DNA from: Thermoanaerobaculia bacterium
GTDB taxonomy: Bacteria > Acidobacteriota > Thermoanaerobaculia > UBA5066 > Gp7-AA6
NCBI GenBank assembly: GCA_036505535.1
Contig: DASXTI010000148.1
Location: 19,345-83,344 of the forward strand
DNA length: 64,000 nucleotides
Reading direction: 5' to 3'
This document shows, one piece after another, positions 19,422 through 28,108 of this stretch. The position numbers and the translations under genes were made by a program. The notes under the pieces were generated by a model. It did not search any database. It saw only the letters and a list, made by a program, of their open reading frames with translations, and was not told the DNA's origin. Position 1 is the first letter of the stretch. Each line of letters starts with the position of its first letter.

Positions 19422-19963
19422 GCTCCCGTTCTTGCTATCGCCTGCTGCTGGAAGCGCCGGACCGCCGCCGTCGCCGAGGCGTCGAAGACGGTGCTTCCGA
19501 CCCGCGCGACGAAGCCCGCGAGGATCGCCGGATCCACGTCGACGCGCAGACGCACTCTTCCGCCGACCCGGTTGGCGAGCGCTTCCTCGATGGACTTCTT
19601 CTCTTCGTCTTCGATGGCCGCGGCGACGGTCAGCTTTCCCTGCACGATTCCCTGCTTCGCATCATGGGCATCGCGCACGCTCCGGACGATCTGCTCGGCC
19701 TCCAGCAGCCGATGGTTGTTCAGCAGGACCTGGAAGAAACGCCGCCCAAAAGGATCGATGCCGGCCCGAGCCGCCAGCTCCTCGACGGCCCGGCGCTTCG
19801 CGTCGAGCGGAACCGCGGGTGTTGCGAGAAAGGCCCGAAGCGTTCTGTTCTCCTGGACCGAACGCGTGAGGATGCCGGCCGATTCGAGAAAAGCGCCAAA
19901 GTCGTAGCCGGTCGGCGCCATCTCGATGAAAGCTCGGGCATACGGGTGGGTGAAGGCGCTCAC
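19418..19963 (-). CDS. atpH: F0F1 ATP synthase subunit delta (OSCP)
   Basis: Position between b and alpha, 181 aa, ..[42 protein letters not shown]-type C-terminus. GTG start in a GTGA overlap with atpF. Confidence 0.85.
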   Translation of the reverse strand: MSAFTHPYARAFIEMAPTGYDFGAFLESAGILTRSVQENRTLRAFLATPAVPLDAKRRAVEELAARAGIDPFGRRFFQVLLNNHRLLEAEQIVRSVRDAHDAKQGIVQGKLTVAAAIEDEEKKSIEEALANRVGGRVRLRVDVDPAILAGFVARVGSTVFDASATAAVRRFQQQAIARTGA

Positions 19964-20526
19964 CGGGCCTCTTTCATCCGGGACACGCTTTCGGTCAGGA
20001 TCCGCCGGCGGTCCTCGTCGGTGACTTCCCGCGACACGATCTCGACGGCCGCGGCGGCGGTCAAATCCGCGGCCGTCTTACGCAACTCCGCGATCGCGGC
20101 CGCGAGGCGCCGTTCGATCTCGTCCAAAGCCTCGGTGCGGACGCGCTCGGCTTCCTCATGCGCACGAACGGCGAGAGCGGCGCGGGCGCTTTCCCCTTCG
20201 AGCTCCCCCTGTCGGCGGACCTCCGCGATCTCGAGCTCGAGCCGGGCCGTCCGGGCGCGAATCTCGGAGGCGAGGCGCTGCACCTCGGCGCGCTGCTGCT
20301 CGGCCTCCTTGCGCCGCTCTCCGACCTCGAGCTGCCGTTTGCGAAAAGCCTGCGCCATCGGCCGCGCCACGAAGTAGAGCAACACACCGAGGAAGAGAGC
20401 GAGATTCAGCAGTTGCCAGATCCAGAGAGGAAGTCCCAGAAATTTCGTCGCTTCGTGGGTTTCCTCCTGCGACAGAAGGAGCGCGACCGAAATGACGGCC
20501 GGAGCGTGGGGGAAGAGCAAGCTCAC
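19960..20526 (-). CDS. atpF: F0F1 ATP synthase subunit b
   Basis: Single N-terminal TM (LWIWQLLNLALFLGVLLYFV) followed by a long charged helix. GTGA overlap with b'. Confidence 0.8.
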   Translation of the reverse strand: MSLLFPHAPAVISVALLLSQEETHEATKFLGLPLWIWQLLNLALFLGVLLYFVARPMAQAFRKRQLEVGERRKEAEQQRAEVQRLASEIRARTARLELEIAEVRRQGELEGESARAALAVRAHEEAERVRTEALDEIERRLAAAIAELRKTAADLTAAAAVEIVSREVTDEDRRRILTESVSRMKEAR

Positions 20527-20957
20527 GCGGCGAGCTTCCGACCGAGAATCTTTTCGGCGAGCTCGCGCGCCAGACCGCGCGCGCGTTCGGGCAGCTCCTT
20601 TGCCGAAGAAGCCGACTGCGCTTCGATCTCGCCGCTTCCGTGTGCGATCGCGTCGGCGGCCGCGGCACGGGCCTCGGCGAGCTTCTTCTCTAAGAGTGCG
20701 AGCCCTTCGCCGCGCAATCCTTCGCGCGTCTTGAGCGCCTCGCGCCGGGCCGTCGCAAGCTTTTCCTCACCCGCCTCGACCGCGCGATCGAGCGCCTGGA
20801 GGCTCTCGGCATACGCCTTCTGGGCATCACGCTCCTCGTTCTCGCGCGCTTCGAGGATCGCGGTGAGGGGAAGGAAAAGGTACTTCTTCAGGATCCAGTA
20901 GCAGATCCCGAAGGCAAGGAGCACATAGAGACTGGTGACGTTGGGCAGTTCGATCAT
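20523..20957 (-). CDS. atpF2: F0F1 ATP synthase subunit b' (second b-type stalk subunit)
   Basis: 144 aa, one TM (LYVLLAFGICYWILKKYLFLPL) plus an E/A/R-rich helix. It is the first gene of the operon as seen here. Confidence 0.75.
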   Translation of the reverse strand: MIELPNVTSLYVLLAFGICYWILKKYLFLPLTAILEARENEERDAQKAYAESLQALDRAVEAGEEKLATARREALKTREGLRGEGLALLEKKLAEARAAAADAIAHGSGEIEAQSASSAKELPERARGLARELAEKILGRKLAA

Positions 20958-21005
20958 GGGAAAACTTTCCGAGCGACGAAACCGCGGATCAATAGCACAG
21001 AGATT

Positions 21006-21101
21006 CGGTAGTTGGTAGTCGGTAGTTGGGAGTCGGTAGTTGGTAGCGGGAATTAAAGCGACACCACCACTACGAACTATCGACTACCGACTACAGACTG
21101 A
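21006..21101. repeat. heptamer-array inverted repeat (YGGTAGT x6 / NNACTAY x5) between bactofilin stop and atpF2 start
   Basis: CGGTAGT TGGTAGT CGGTAGT TGGGAGT CGGTAGT TGGTAGC - 19 nt - CCACTAC GAACTAT CGACTAC CGACTAC AGACTGA. Confidence 0.85.
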
Positions 21102-21124
21102 ACCAATAAACCATTATTTGACAG

Positions 21125-21499
21125 TCACTTACGTGTCATCTCGACGAGGCGCGGCACGGCTTCGGATGTCATATCGCAAGAGCCCTGGAAGAACGCGCCT
21201 TCCTCGATCCGCAGCACCGGCGTGTGGAGCTCGGCGGTAACGCGTGCGCGGGGATGGATCTCGATTCGCTCGCTCGCGCGAACGGTCCCCTTGAGCGAGC
21301 CGTTGATGGAAAGCCGCTCGACATGGATCTCCGCGTCCACTTCGGCCGAGTCGCCCAGAATAAGCTCGCTTCCCGACGGGATGCTCCCTTCGAACTTTCC
21401 ATCGATGCGAAAGGTCTCTTCGAAAGAGAGCTCTCCCTTCAGATGGCTTCCCTTGTCGAGGAAACCATTGAGAGTCGCACCTTCACCGCGTGCTTTCAT
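21125..21499 (-). CDS. bactofilin (polymer-forming cytoskeletal protein)
   Basis: ATG at 21499 preceded by GAGGAGG (the track ORF starts at an upstream TTG, 21523). FLDKGSHLKGELSFEETFRIDGKFEGSI..SELILGDSAEVDAEIHVERLSINGSLKGTV.ASERIEIHPRARVTAELHTPVLRIEEGAFFQGSCDM is the DUF583 beta-helical repeat pattern. Confidence 0.85.
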   Translation of the reverse strand: MKARGEGATLNGFLDKGSHLKGELSFEETFRIDGKFEGSIPSGSELILGDSAEVDAEIHVERLSINGSLKGTVRASERIEIHPRARVTAELHTPVLRIEEGAFFQGSCDMTSEAVPRLVEMTRK

Positions 21500-21525
21500 C
21501 CCCGCCTCCTCGTGAACCTGCAACT

Positions 21526-22380
21526 CTACGCTTTTCCCGAAAGCCGCTCGAAGAGCCCGATCAATTCCTCTTCCGACCCGAACGCGATCTCGATTCTGCC
21601 GCCGCGTCGTCGCCTCACGATTCGGACGCGCGTCTGGAGGCGCCGCGCCAGCTTCTCCTCGGCGTCGCGCGTGAAAGGATCGCGCCGGCGCTCCCGCGTG
21701 ACCTTCTCGCCCGATGCCATGCGCGCGACACGCTTTTCGGTCTGGCGGACCGACAGCGCGCGGCGAACGATCTCCTCTGCGAGTCGCTCTTGCTCGTCGG
21801 CCGACGCTAAGGCGGCGAGCGCCCGGGCATGCCCGCCGGACAGCTCGCCCGACCGAATCTTCTCCCGGACCGATGAAGGTAACCTCAATAGGCGCAATGT
21901 GTTAGCTACTGTCGTGCGGTCCTTGCCAACGCGTTCCGCGATCTTTTCCTGGGTGAGGCCGAACTCCTCCCTGAGCCGGGCATAGGCCTCCGCGGCCTCC
22001 AAGGGATTCAAGTCTTCGCGCTGCAGGTTCTCGACGAGAGCGGCCTCGAGCAGGTCCCGGTCCGAGGCCTTCTCCCGAACCGCGATCGGGACCCGCTCTA
22101 GACCAGCCAGCGCAGCCGCGCGCCATCGCCTCTCCCCCGCGACGATCTCGAATTTCTCACCCCGGGCAACGACGACGATCGGCTGCACGATCCCCTGCTC
22201 GCGGATCGATTGCGCCAGGTCTGCCAGGGCCGCTTCGGAGAAGTTGCGGCGCGGCTGGAACCGCGACGGGGTCAGCCGCTCGATCTCGACCTCTCCCCCG
22301 AAGGTTCCACGGGGCACGTCGTCTTTCCCCGGCAGAAGGGCCGACAGCCCACGTCCCAGGGCCGGTTTGCGGTTCGTCAT
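21526..22380 (-). CDS. parB: chromosome partitioning protein ParB
   Basis: KPALGRGLSALL, ..QPRR.F.., GIVQPIVV, IVAGERRWRAA, HTH LTQEKIAERVGKDRTTVANTLRLLRLP. Confidence 0.95.
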   Translation of the reverse strand: MTNRKPALGRGLSALLPGKDDVPRGTFGGEVEIERLTPSRFQPRRNFSEAALADLAQSIREQGIVQPIVVVARGEKFEIVAGERRWRAAALAGLERVPIAVREKASDRDLLEAALVENLQREDLNPLEAAEAYARLREEFGLTQEKIAERVGKDRTTVANTLRLLRLPSSVREKIRSGELSGGHARALAALASADEQERLAEEIVRRALSVRQTEKRVARMASGEKVTRERRRDPFTRDAEEKLARRLQTRVRIVRRRRGGRIEIAFGSEEELIGLFERLSGKA

Positions 22381-23144
22381 TTCGCCTTTTGCCTTCTCAG
22401 GAACTCCCGGCCCAGAGCGAGATACGCCTCCGCGCCCTTCGACTTGATGTCATAGGCCAACACCGGTTTGCCGTATGAAGGCGCTTCGCCGAGCCGGACA
22501 TTTCGCGGGATCACTGTTTCGAAGACCTTGTTCCCCAGATGCTGGCGGATGTCTTCGACGACCTGCCGAGCGAGGTTAGTCCGCTCGTCGAACATGGTCA
22601 AGACAATCCCTTCCATGACCAAGAGCGGATTGAAGGAGTTCCGTACGCGCTCGACCGTTTCGAGAAGGTCGGTCAAACCTTCGAGGGCGAAGTATTCGGT
22701 CTGAATCGGCACGAGAACCGAGTCGGCGGCGGTCAGTGCGTTTACGGTCAGGAGTGATAGAGACGGCGGGGTATCGATGAGAAGAAGATCATATGCGGTG
22801 CGAATCGGACCCAGGGCGAAGCGAAGCCGGGATTCCCGATTCTCGTAACCGACGAGCTCGATTTCCGCGCCCACCAAGTCGCGGCCAGAGGGCAGGAGCC
22901 AAAGGTTCGGGAACTCTGTCTGCCGAACGGCCGGTCCCGCTTCCCCCGAAAGAAGGGCGCCGTAGACCGTCTCACCCTCGCCGCGCTTGGGGAAGCCCAG
23001 GCCCGAGGTTGCGTTGGACTGTGGATCGAGGTCGACGAGAAGCACCTTGTGATCCAAGGCCGCGAGGGCCGCCGCGAGGTTGATCGCCGTCGTGGTCTTG
23101 CCAACACCCCCTTTTTGGTTGGCAACGGCGACGATGCGACCCAT
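22377..23144 (-). CDS. parA: chromosome partitioning ATPase ParA/Soj
   Basis: Start reassigned to ATG 23144 (MGRIVAVANQKGGVGKTTTAINLAAAL, deviant Walker A). The 82-codon upstream extension in the track is R/G/P-rich. ATGA overlap with parB. Confidence 0.93.
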   Translation of the reverse strand: MGRIVAVANQKGGVGKTTTAINLAAALAALDHKVLLVDLDPQSNATSGLGFPKRGEGETVYGALLSGEAGPAVRQTEFPNLWLLPSGRDLVGAEIELVGYENRESRLRFALGPIRTAYDLLLIDTPPSLSLLTVNALTAADSVLVPIQTEYFALEGLTDLLETVERVRNSFNPLLVMEGIVLTMFDERTNLARQVVEDIRQHLGNKVFETVIPRNVRLGEAPSYGKPVLAYDIKSKGAEAYLALGREFLRRQKAK

Positions 23145-23224
23145 GAGTGGCCCGATTATGGCCGGGGAAGCGAAAACCGCGAAACGGAAAAGAAACTCGG
23201 AAGCGTTCCACGGGGAACGTGCCC

Positions 23225-23863
23225 TCAGACCTTCCGATAGACGGCGATGGCGCGCCGCCTGGATCCCGGAATCGGAATGGTCTTTTCCAGAGAGAATCGG
23301 GATGCCAGTTCGGAGCCGAGCTCCTCCGGCTTGGTCGTCCAGACGAGGAGCTCGCCCGCGGGGCGCAGGAAGGGGCCCTTTCCAATCCAATGCGCGAGAC
23401 TGCCGACGGCTCGAGTCGTGGCCGCGTCGAATGTATGCCCGCCGACTCGCTCGATCCGGCCTTCGAAGACATGCGCCTTGCGAAGACCGAGCTCTCGGAT
23501 GACGTGCCGGAGGAAGGCGGCGCGTTTGGCTCGAGACTCCACGAATGTCACCCCGAGATCGGCGCGCCCGATCGAAAGTGGAACGCCCGGAAAGCCGGCG
23601 CCCGATCCAATGTCGATGACTGTCGCGCCCTGGGCAATCAGCTCGGCCCCGAGGGCCGACTCCAATGCGTGGTCGGCGAGCTCCTCGGGCGTCAGGTCAC
23701 CCACGAGATTGGTCCGGCGGCGCCATCGGTCGAGCTCCGAGAGATACCTCGAAAGCGAGGCGAGGACGGGAGGGTCGAAGGAAAGCCCAAAGGCCGGGGC
23801 GCGTCGATGGAGCAGCGCCTCGAACCGCTCAGGCGGAAGCGGCTCCTCCGCCACGCGCGACAT
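23225..23863 (-). CDS. rsmG: 16S rRNA (guanine527-N7)-methyltransferase RsmG (GidB)
   Basis: ..RRTNLVGDLTPEEL..H.LES.., VIDIGSGAGFPGVPLSI. Downstream of mnmG; the annotated start overlaps the mnmG end by 35 nt, so the true start may be slightly later. Confidence 0.88.
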   Translation of the reverse strand: MSRVAEEPLPPERFEALLHRRAPAFGLSFDPPVLASLSRYLSELDRWRRRTNLVGDLTPEELADHALESALGAELIAQGATVIDIGSGAGFPGVPLSIGRADLGVTFVESRAKRAAFLRHVIRELGLRKAHVFEGRIERVGGHTFDAATTRAVGSLAHWIGKGPFLRPAGELLVWTTKPEELGSELASRFSLEKTIPIPGSRRRAIAVYRKV

Positions 23864-25700
23864 GCGCGGAGATTATCGCGACGGCCGCCGGCGTCACGCC
23901 CGGGATGCGGGCGGCTTCGCCGAGGGTGCGTGGCTTTCGCCGCGAGCAGGTTTCCACCACCTCGCGTGAGAGGCCCGGAATGCCGGCGTAGTGAAATCCT
24001 TCTGGAATCCGGCGGGTCTCGAAGGGCTTCAGCCGCTCGAGCCGTTCGGTCTCCCGCCGAATGTATCCTTCGTATCGCACGCGTGTTTCCAGGATTTGCT
24101 TCTCCTCCCGGCTGAGGTTCGCAAAAAGGGCCGGGGCAATTCGCTCGAGGTCAGTCGCTGTTAACTCTTGTCTTTGCAATAGCTTATGGATTGTAACCGG
24201 CGTCTCGATACTTAGGCCGAGTCGCTCGAGCAAGAGCTCTCGGGTCTGGCGATTTGGATTGAGGACCTCCTTGCGAAGCGCCGCCTCGGCTGCTCGCAAG
24301 CGCTCCTCACTTCGCATCGCCAGAGCGTAAACGGCTTCGCCGATGAGTCCCAGGCGTCTGCCGTGCGGCAGTAGGCGCGGGAGAACGCTGTCGACGCCGA
24401 GAAGCAGCCGGTACTCGGCACGCGAGGTGAAGAGCCGGTACGGCTCCTCCAGCCCCTTCTTGGTCAGGTCGTCGATCATGACCGCCGCGTAGGCCTCGGA
24501 GCGCTCGAGAACGAAAGGCGCCTCTCCCCGCACGGCGCGGGCGGCATTGATGCCGGCGCAGATTCCCTGTGCGGCCGCTTCCTCGTAGCCGGAGGTCCCG
24601 TTGATCTGGCCGGCGAGAAAGAGGCCCGGGATCTCGAGTGTCTCGAGTGAGAGCCGCAGCTGATCGGGAAAGACGAAGTCGTACTCGACCGCGTAGCCCG
24701 GCCGGATCATCCGGGCGGTTTTCAGCCCCGGGATCTCGGCCAGGATCGCGCGCTGCACGTCCTCCGGAAGCGAGGTCGAGAGGCCGTTGATGTAAATCTC
24801 TTCCGAATCCCAGCCATCGGGCTCGAGAAAGATCGTGTGCTGGCTCTTCTCGGCGAACTTGACGACCTTGTCCTCGACGGACGGACAGTAGCGGGGGCCG
24901 ATGCCGGAAATCTGTCCCGAGTACATCGGGCTTCGATGCAGGTTCTCGCGGATGAGCGCGTGGACGCGGGGATTCGTCGCGGTCAGCCAGCAGAGCGCCT
25001 GACGCTCGGGGAGCCGGGTCGTCTTAAACGAGAACGGAACCGGGGGATCGTCCCCTTGCTGCGGGACGCAGGCGGCGTAGTCGACGCTGTCGCGGTGGAC
25101 GCGCGGCGGCGTGCCGGTCTTGAAGCGGCCGAGCCTCAGGCCGAGGCGCGCGAGAGAGGCGGAGAGACCGGTTGCCGCGGCCTCTCCGACGCGGCCCCCG
25201 CGGGTCTTTCGCTCGCCGGTGTGCATCAGGCCGTTCAAGAAGGTGCCGGTCGTGACGACGACCGCGGGCGCCTCGATCCGATCGCCGGCCGCCGTGACGG
25301 CGCCGCAGACCTTGCCGCGCTCCTCGAGCAGCTCCTCGGCCATCCCTTCGAGAAGCGTCAAGTTCGGTGTCGTGCCCAGCTTCCCGGCGGCCAGCCGAGC
25401 ATAGAGGCCCCGATCGCACTGCGCGCGGGGGCCCCACACGGCGGGCCCGCGGGAGCGATTGAGGATGCGGAACTGGATGCCGGCGGCGTCGGCGAGCTCT
25501 CCCATGACGCCGCCGAGCGCGTCGATCTCGCGGACCAGTTGACCCTTTGCCAGACCGCCGATCGCGGGATTGCACGACATTCTTCCGATGGCCGGCAAGT
25601 GCCCGGTCAGAAGCGCCGTGCGACGGCCCATGACCGCGCAGGCGTGCGCCGCCTCGATGCCCGCGTGACCGCCGCCGATGACCAAGACCTCGAATCTCAC
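23829..25700 (-). CDS. mnmG: tRNA uridine-5-carboxymethylaminomethyl synthesis enzyme MnmG (GidA)
   Basis: FEVLVIGGGHAGIEAA, MSCNPAIGGLAKGQLVREIDALGG, GPRYCPSVEDKVVKF, FLAGQINGTSGYEEAAAQG. Confidence 0.97.
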   Translation of the reverse strand: MRFEVLVIGGGHAGIEAAHACAVMGRRTALLTGHLPAIGRMSCNPAIGGLAKGQLVREIDALGGVMGELADAAGIQFRILNRSRGPAVWGPRAQCDRGLYARLAAGKLGTTPNLTLLEGMAEELLEERGKVCGAVTAAGDRIEAPAVVVTTGTFLNGLMHTGERKTRGGRVGEAAATGLSASLARLGLRLGRFKTGTPPRVHRDSVDYAACVPQQGDDPPVPFSFKTTRLPERQALCWLTATNPRVHALIRENLHRSPMYSGQISGIGPRYCPSVEDKVVKFAEKSQHTIFLEPDGWDSEEIYINGLSTSLPEDVQRAILAEIPGLKTARMIRPGYAVEYDFVFPDQLRLSLETLEIPGLFLAGQINGTSGYEEAAAQGICAGINAARAVRGEAPFVLERSEAYAAVMIDDLTKKGLEEPYRLFTSRAEYRLLLGVDSVLPRLLPHGRRLGLIGEAVYALAMRSEERLRAAEAALRKEVLNPNRQTRELLLERLGLSIETPVTIHKLLQRQELTATDLERIAPALFANLSREEKQILETRVRYEGYIRRETERLERLKPFETRRIPEGFHYAGIPGLSREVVETCSRRKPRTLGEAARIPGVTPAAVAIISAHVARGGGAASA

Positions 25701-25797
25701 GACCGGATTCTCTCCCAGAACCCTCCTCGGGCCTTGTTACGATCCACCCAAGAGACCGGGCCCGAATTGGCGGATCCCGGAATCCTCGGAGGCAGCT

Positions 25798-26694
25798 ATG
25801 AGAACGCTTTGTCGTCCATGCTTAGGCGTCGTCTGCGGGGCCCTGCTGGTATTGACGCTTCCTGCTCTCCTGGCAGCCGAGGAGGAACGGCTCGATCGAG
25901 CGCCTCGCCAGCCGGTCGTGCTCGCAAGCGGTGCCGTCTCCTACCCGCAGGGAACCAACCCGGACAGCATGCTCCAGCCAAAGAGCGGATACGGCATCGA
26001 TGATCTCCAGGTCGTCAACATCCCGTTTGCGGAGTTCCTCCCGCGCACCTCCTCCGGCGCGTATACCAGTCTCTGCTGCATCACCGAAGGGGCGCGGTGG
26101 GCGACCGGCGGCGACAACTTCTTAGTAGCCGGGATCGACGCCGGCCTCGTCCCCAACGGTGCCCATCTCGAACAGATCGCCTTCTACGTCGGGGATACCA
26201 ATGCTGTAACAGACCTCAACTTCGGCGGGTACCTCTGTCGGACCTGGGTGGATTCAGACGGTACCAATAGGGACCAGGACTGTCCCGTCTTCATCTCGAC
26301 CCTCTCGAACCCCGGGGACACGGTCATCACGGCCGCTCCGAACATCCCCGTCAGGTACCGGTATGACATCGACGGCGACAGCACCGCCGAGGTCGTCAAC
26401 TACATGGTCTTTGCCGAGTTCGGGATCAACGGACAGCAGGTCTACGACGGCTCCGTCCGACTGCGCCAGGCGCGGCTGCTGTTTCGGCGCCAGATCTCGC
26501 CAGCGCCGTCAACGCCAACTTTCAACGACGTCGCTCCGGGAGACTTCGGGTTTCAGCACATCGAGGCGCTGGCGGCCTCCGGGATCACGGGGGGGTGCGG
26601 CGGGGGCAACTACTGCCCGAATAGCTTCCTGACGCGGGCGCAGATGGCGGTGTTCCTCGCCAAGGCCCTGGGGCTCCACTGGCCGGCGTTTTAG
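25798..26694 (+). CDS. secreted protein with a C-terminal S-layer-homology (SLH) domain
   Basis: Start reassigned to ATG 25798 (MRTLCRPCLGVVCGALLVLTLPALLAA signal peptide). The C-terminus FNDVAPGDFGFQHIEALAASGITGGCGGGNYCPNSFLTRAQMAVFLAKAL matches the SLH motif (F.DV......I..L...GI..G......P...LTRAQ.A..L..A). The N-terminal ~230 aa are unrecognised. Confidence 0.75.
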   Translation: MRTLCRPCLGVVCGALLVLTLPALLAAEEERLDRAPRQPVVLASGAVSYPQGTNPDSMLQPKSGYGIDDLQVVNIPFAEFLPRTSSGAYTSLCCITEGARWATGGDNFLVAGIDAGLVPNGAHLEQIAFYVGDTNAVTDLNFGGYLCRTWVDSDGTNRDQDCPVFISTLSNPGDTVITAAPNIPVRYRYDIDGDSTAEVVNYMVFAEFGINGQQVYDGSVRLRQARLLFRRQISPAPSTPTFNDVAPGDFGFQHIEALAASGITGGCGGGNYCPNSFLTRAQMAVFLAKALGLHWPAF

Positions 26695-26710
26695 CCCGGG
26701 CGGGCGTTCC

Positions 26711-26742
26711 AGGGACATATTAGTAGCTACTAATATATCCCT
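26711..26742. repeat. 32-bp AT-rich near-perfect palindrome between convergent SLH gene and mnmE
   Basis: AGGGACATATTAGTAGCTACTAATATATCCCT has 16-nt arms with one mismatch, centred on AGCT. It is strikingly AT-rich for this genome. Confidence 0.8.
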
Positions 26743-26746
26743 AGTT

Positions 26747-28108
26747 CTACTTGCCGATGCAGAACGTGTCGAACAGGCGCCGCAGCACGTCCTCGGATGT
26801 CGTCTCACCGACGAGATCGGCCAGCGCGTCGAGCGCGGCGTGGCAGTGCGTGACGGCGTACTCGGGCGAGAGTCCCCTCGCCAGCGCCTCGCTCGTCTCG
26901 ATGGCTGCCGAGCGTGCCCGCTCGACCAAGTCGCGCTGCCGAAGCGAGCCGAGCACCTCGGAGGTCTCCTCGGTCGAGATATCGGCGGCGATCGTATCGG
27001 AAAGAAGCGCGCGCAGGCGTTCGCCGGTCTCTAGGCCCAGGCCACAGAGCGGACGGGCGTCCCTTCGCACCGAACTCCATCCTTCCGGCATCCGGTCGAT
27101 CTTGTTGGCGATCAAGATCCGGGGCTTTCCGTCGAGGAGCGCCAGCGCCGCTTCATCCTCCGCTTCGAAGCCCTCGAACGCGTCGAAGACGTAGAGGATG
27201 GCGTCGGCCCTCTCGGCCTCTTCGCGCGCGCGCTCCACCCCGATCTTCTCGACGATATCGGTCGTCGCGCGCAGTCCCGCCGTGTCGATCAGTGTGACGG
27301 GTATCCCTCGGATGTCGACGACCCCTTCGAGGGTGTCCCGCGTGGTCCCGGGAATCTCGGTCACGATCGCGCGCGCGACGCCCAGCAGGGCGTTGAAAAG
27401 CGTCGACTTGCCCGCGTTTGGGCGCCCAAGGATCGCGACCCGGCATCCGTTCGAGAGCAGACGACCCGTCTCGTAGGTGGCGGCGAGTCGCTCGAGGGCT
27501 TCCACCGCAGCCGCCAGGCGTGTCGATACCGCGGGATCCACGCCCTCCCCCACGTCTTCGGAAAAATCGATCGTCGCCGCCAGCCCCGCCGAGGCGGAAA
27601 GCAGGTCCTCGCGAACGCGTTCGAGCCGTTCCGAGAGTCCCCCCTCGAGCCGGCGCGCGGAGAAACGAGCGGCGGCGGGCGTCTTCGCCTCGATCAGCTC
27701 GCGGACGGCCTCCGCGCGCACGAGATCGATCTTCCCGGAGCGAAACGCGCGCTCCGTGAACTCGCCCGGACGGGCCGGCCGCGCTCCGGCCTCGGCGGCC
27801 GCCTGCAACAGCCTCTGGATTGCCGCCGGGCTCCCATGCACCGAGAGCTCGGCGACGTCCTCGCCGGTCGAGGATGCCGGCTTAGCGAAGAAGGTGGCCA
27901 GGCCCGTGTCGATCGTCTCTCCCGCGGCGTCCAAAAAAGAGACGAGATGAGGCCGCCGCGGCCGGAGCGACGCGGGCAGGCCCGGCGCGAGAGTGGCGAG
28001 GATTCTCGGAGCCTCCGGGCCGGAAAGCCGCACGACGGCTAGGGCCGAGCGGCCGGCGGGCGTGGCGAGGGCGACGATGGTGTCGAGGAAGCGAGAATCA
28101 GGAAACAT
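26747..28108 (-). CDS. mnmE: tRNA modification GTPase MnmE (TrmE)
   Basis: DTIVALATPAGRSALAVVRLSG, G1 GRPNAGKSTLFNAL, TTRD, DTAGLR, C-terminal CIGK. Confidence 0.96.
   Translation of the reverse strand: MFPDSRFLDTIVALATPAGRSALAVVRLSGPEAPRILATLAPGLPASLRPRRPHLVSFLDAAGETIDTGLATFFAKPASSTGEDVAELSVHGSPAAIQRLLQAAAEAGARPARPGEFTERAFRSGKIDLVRAEAVRELIEAKTPAAARFSARRLEGGLSERLERVREDLLSASAGLAATIDFSEDVGEGVDPAVSTRLAAAVEALERLAATYETGRLLSNGCRVAILGRPNAGKSTLFNALLGVARAIVTEIPGTTRDTLEGVVDIRGIPVTLIDTAGLRATTDIVEKIGVERAREEAERADAILYVFDAFEGFEAEDEAALALLDGKPRILIANKIDRMPEGWSSVRRDARPLCGLGLETGERLRALLSDTIAADISTEETSEVLGSLRQRDLVERARSAAIETSEALARGLSPEYAVTHCHAALDALADLVGETTSEDVLRRLFDTFCIGK

Noticed and set aside
20958-21124. Possibility that the spacer upstream of atpF2 hides the missing c-subunit gene
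   Set aside because: It is only 167 nt, mostly occupied by the GGTAGT heptamer element, with no open frame of about 75-85 hydrophobic residues.
23145-23390. N-terminal extensions of track ORFs: parA to 23390, yidC to 30685, dnaA from 31241, gyrB from 35210, OMP to 51145, rSAM genes to 56715 and 58055, trmFO from 59237, DUF4198 from 61499
   Set aside because: The extensions overlap upstream genes or run through repeat elements and are R/G/P-rich. Conserved N-termini with SD-like sequences or ATGA/GTGA coupling are found at the internal starts used in the feature list.
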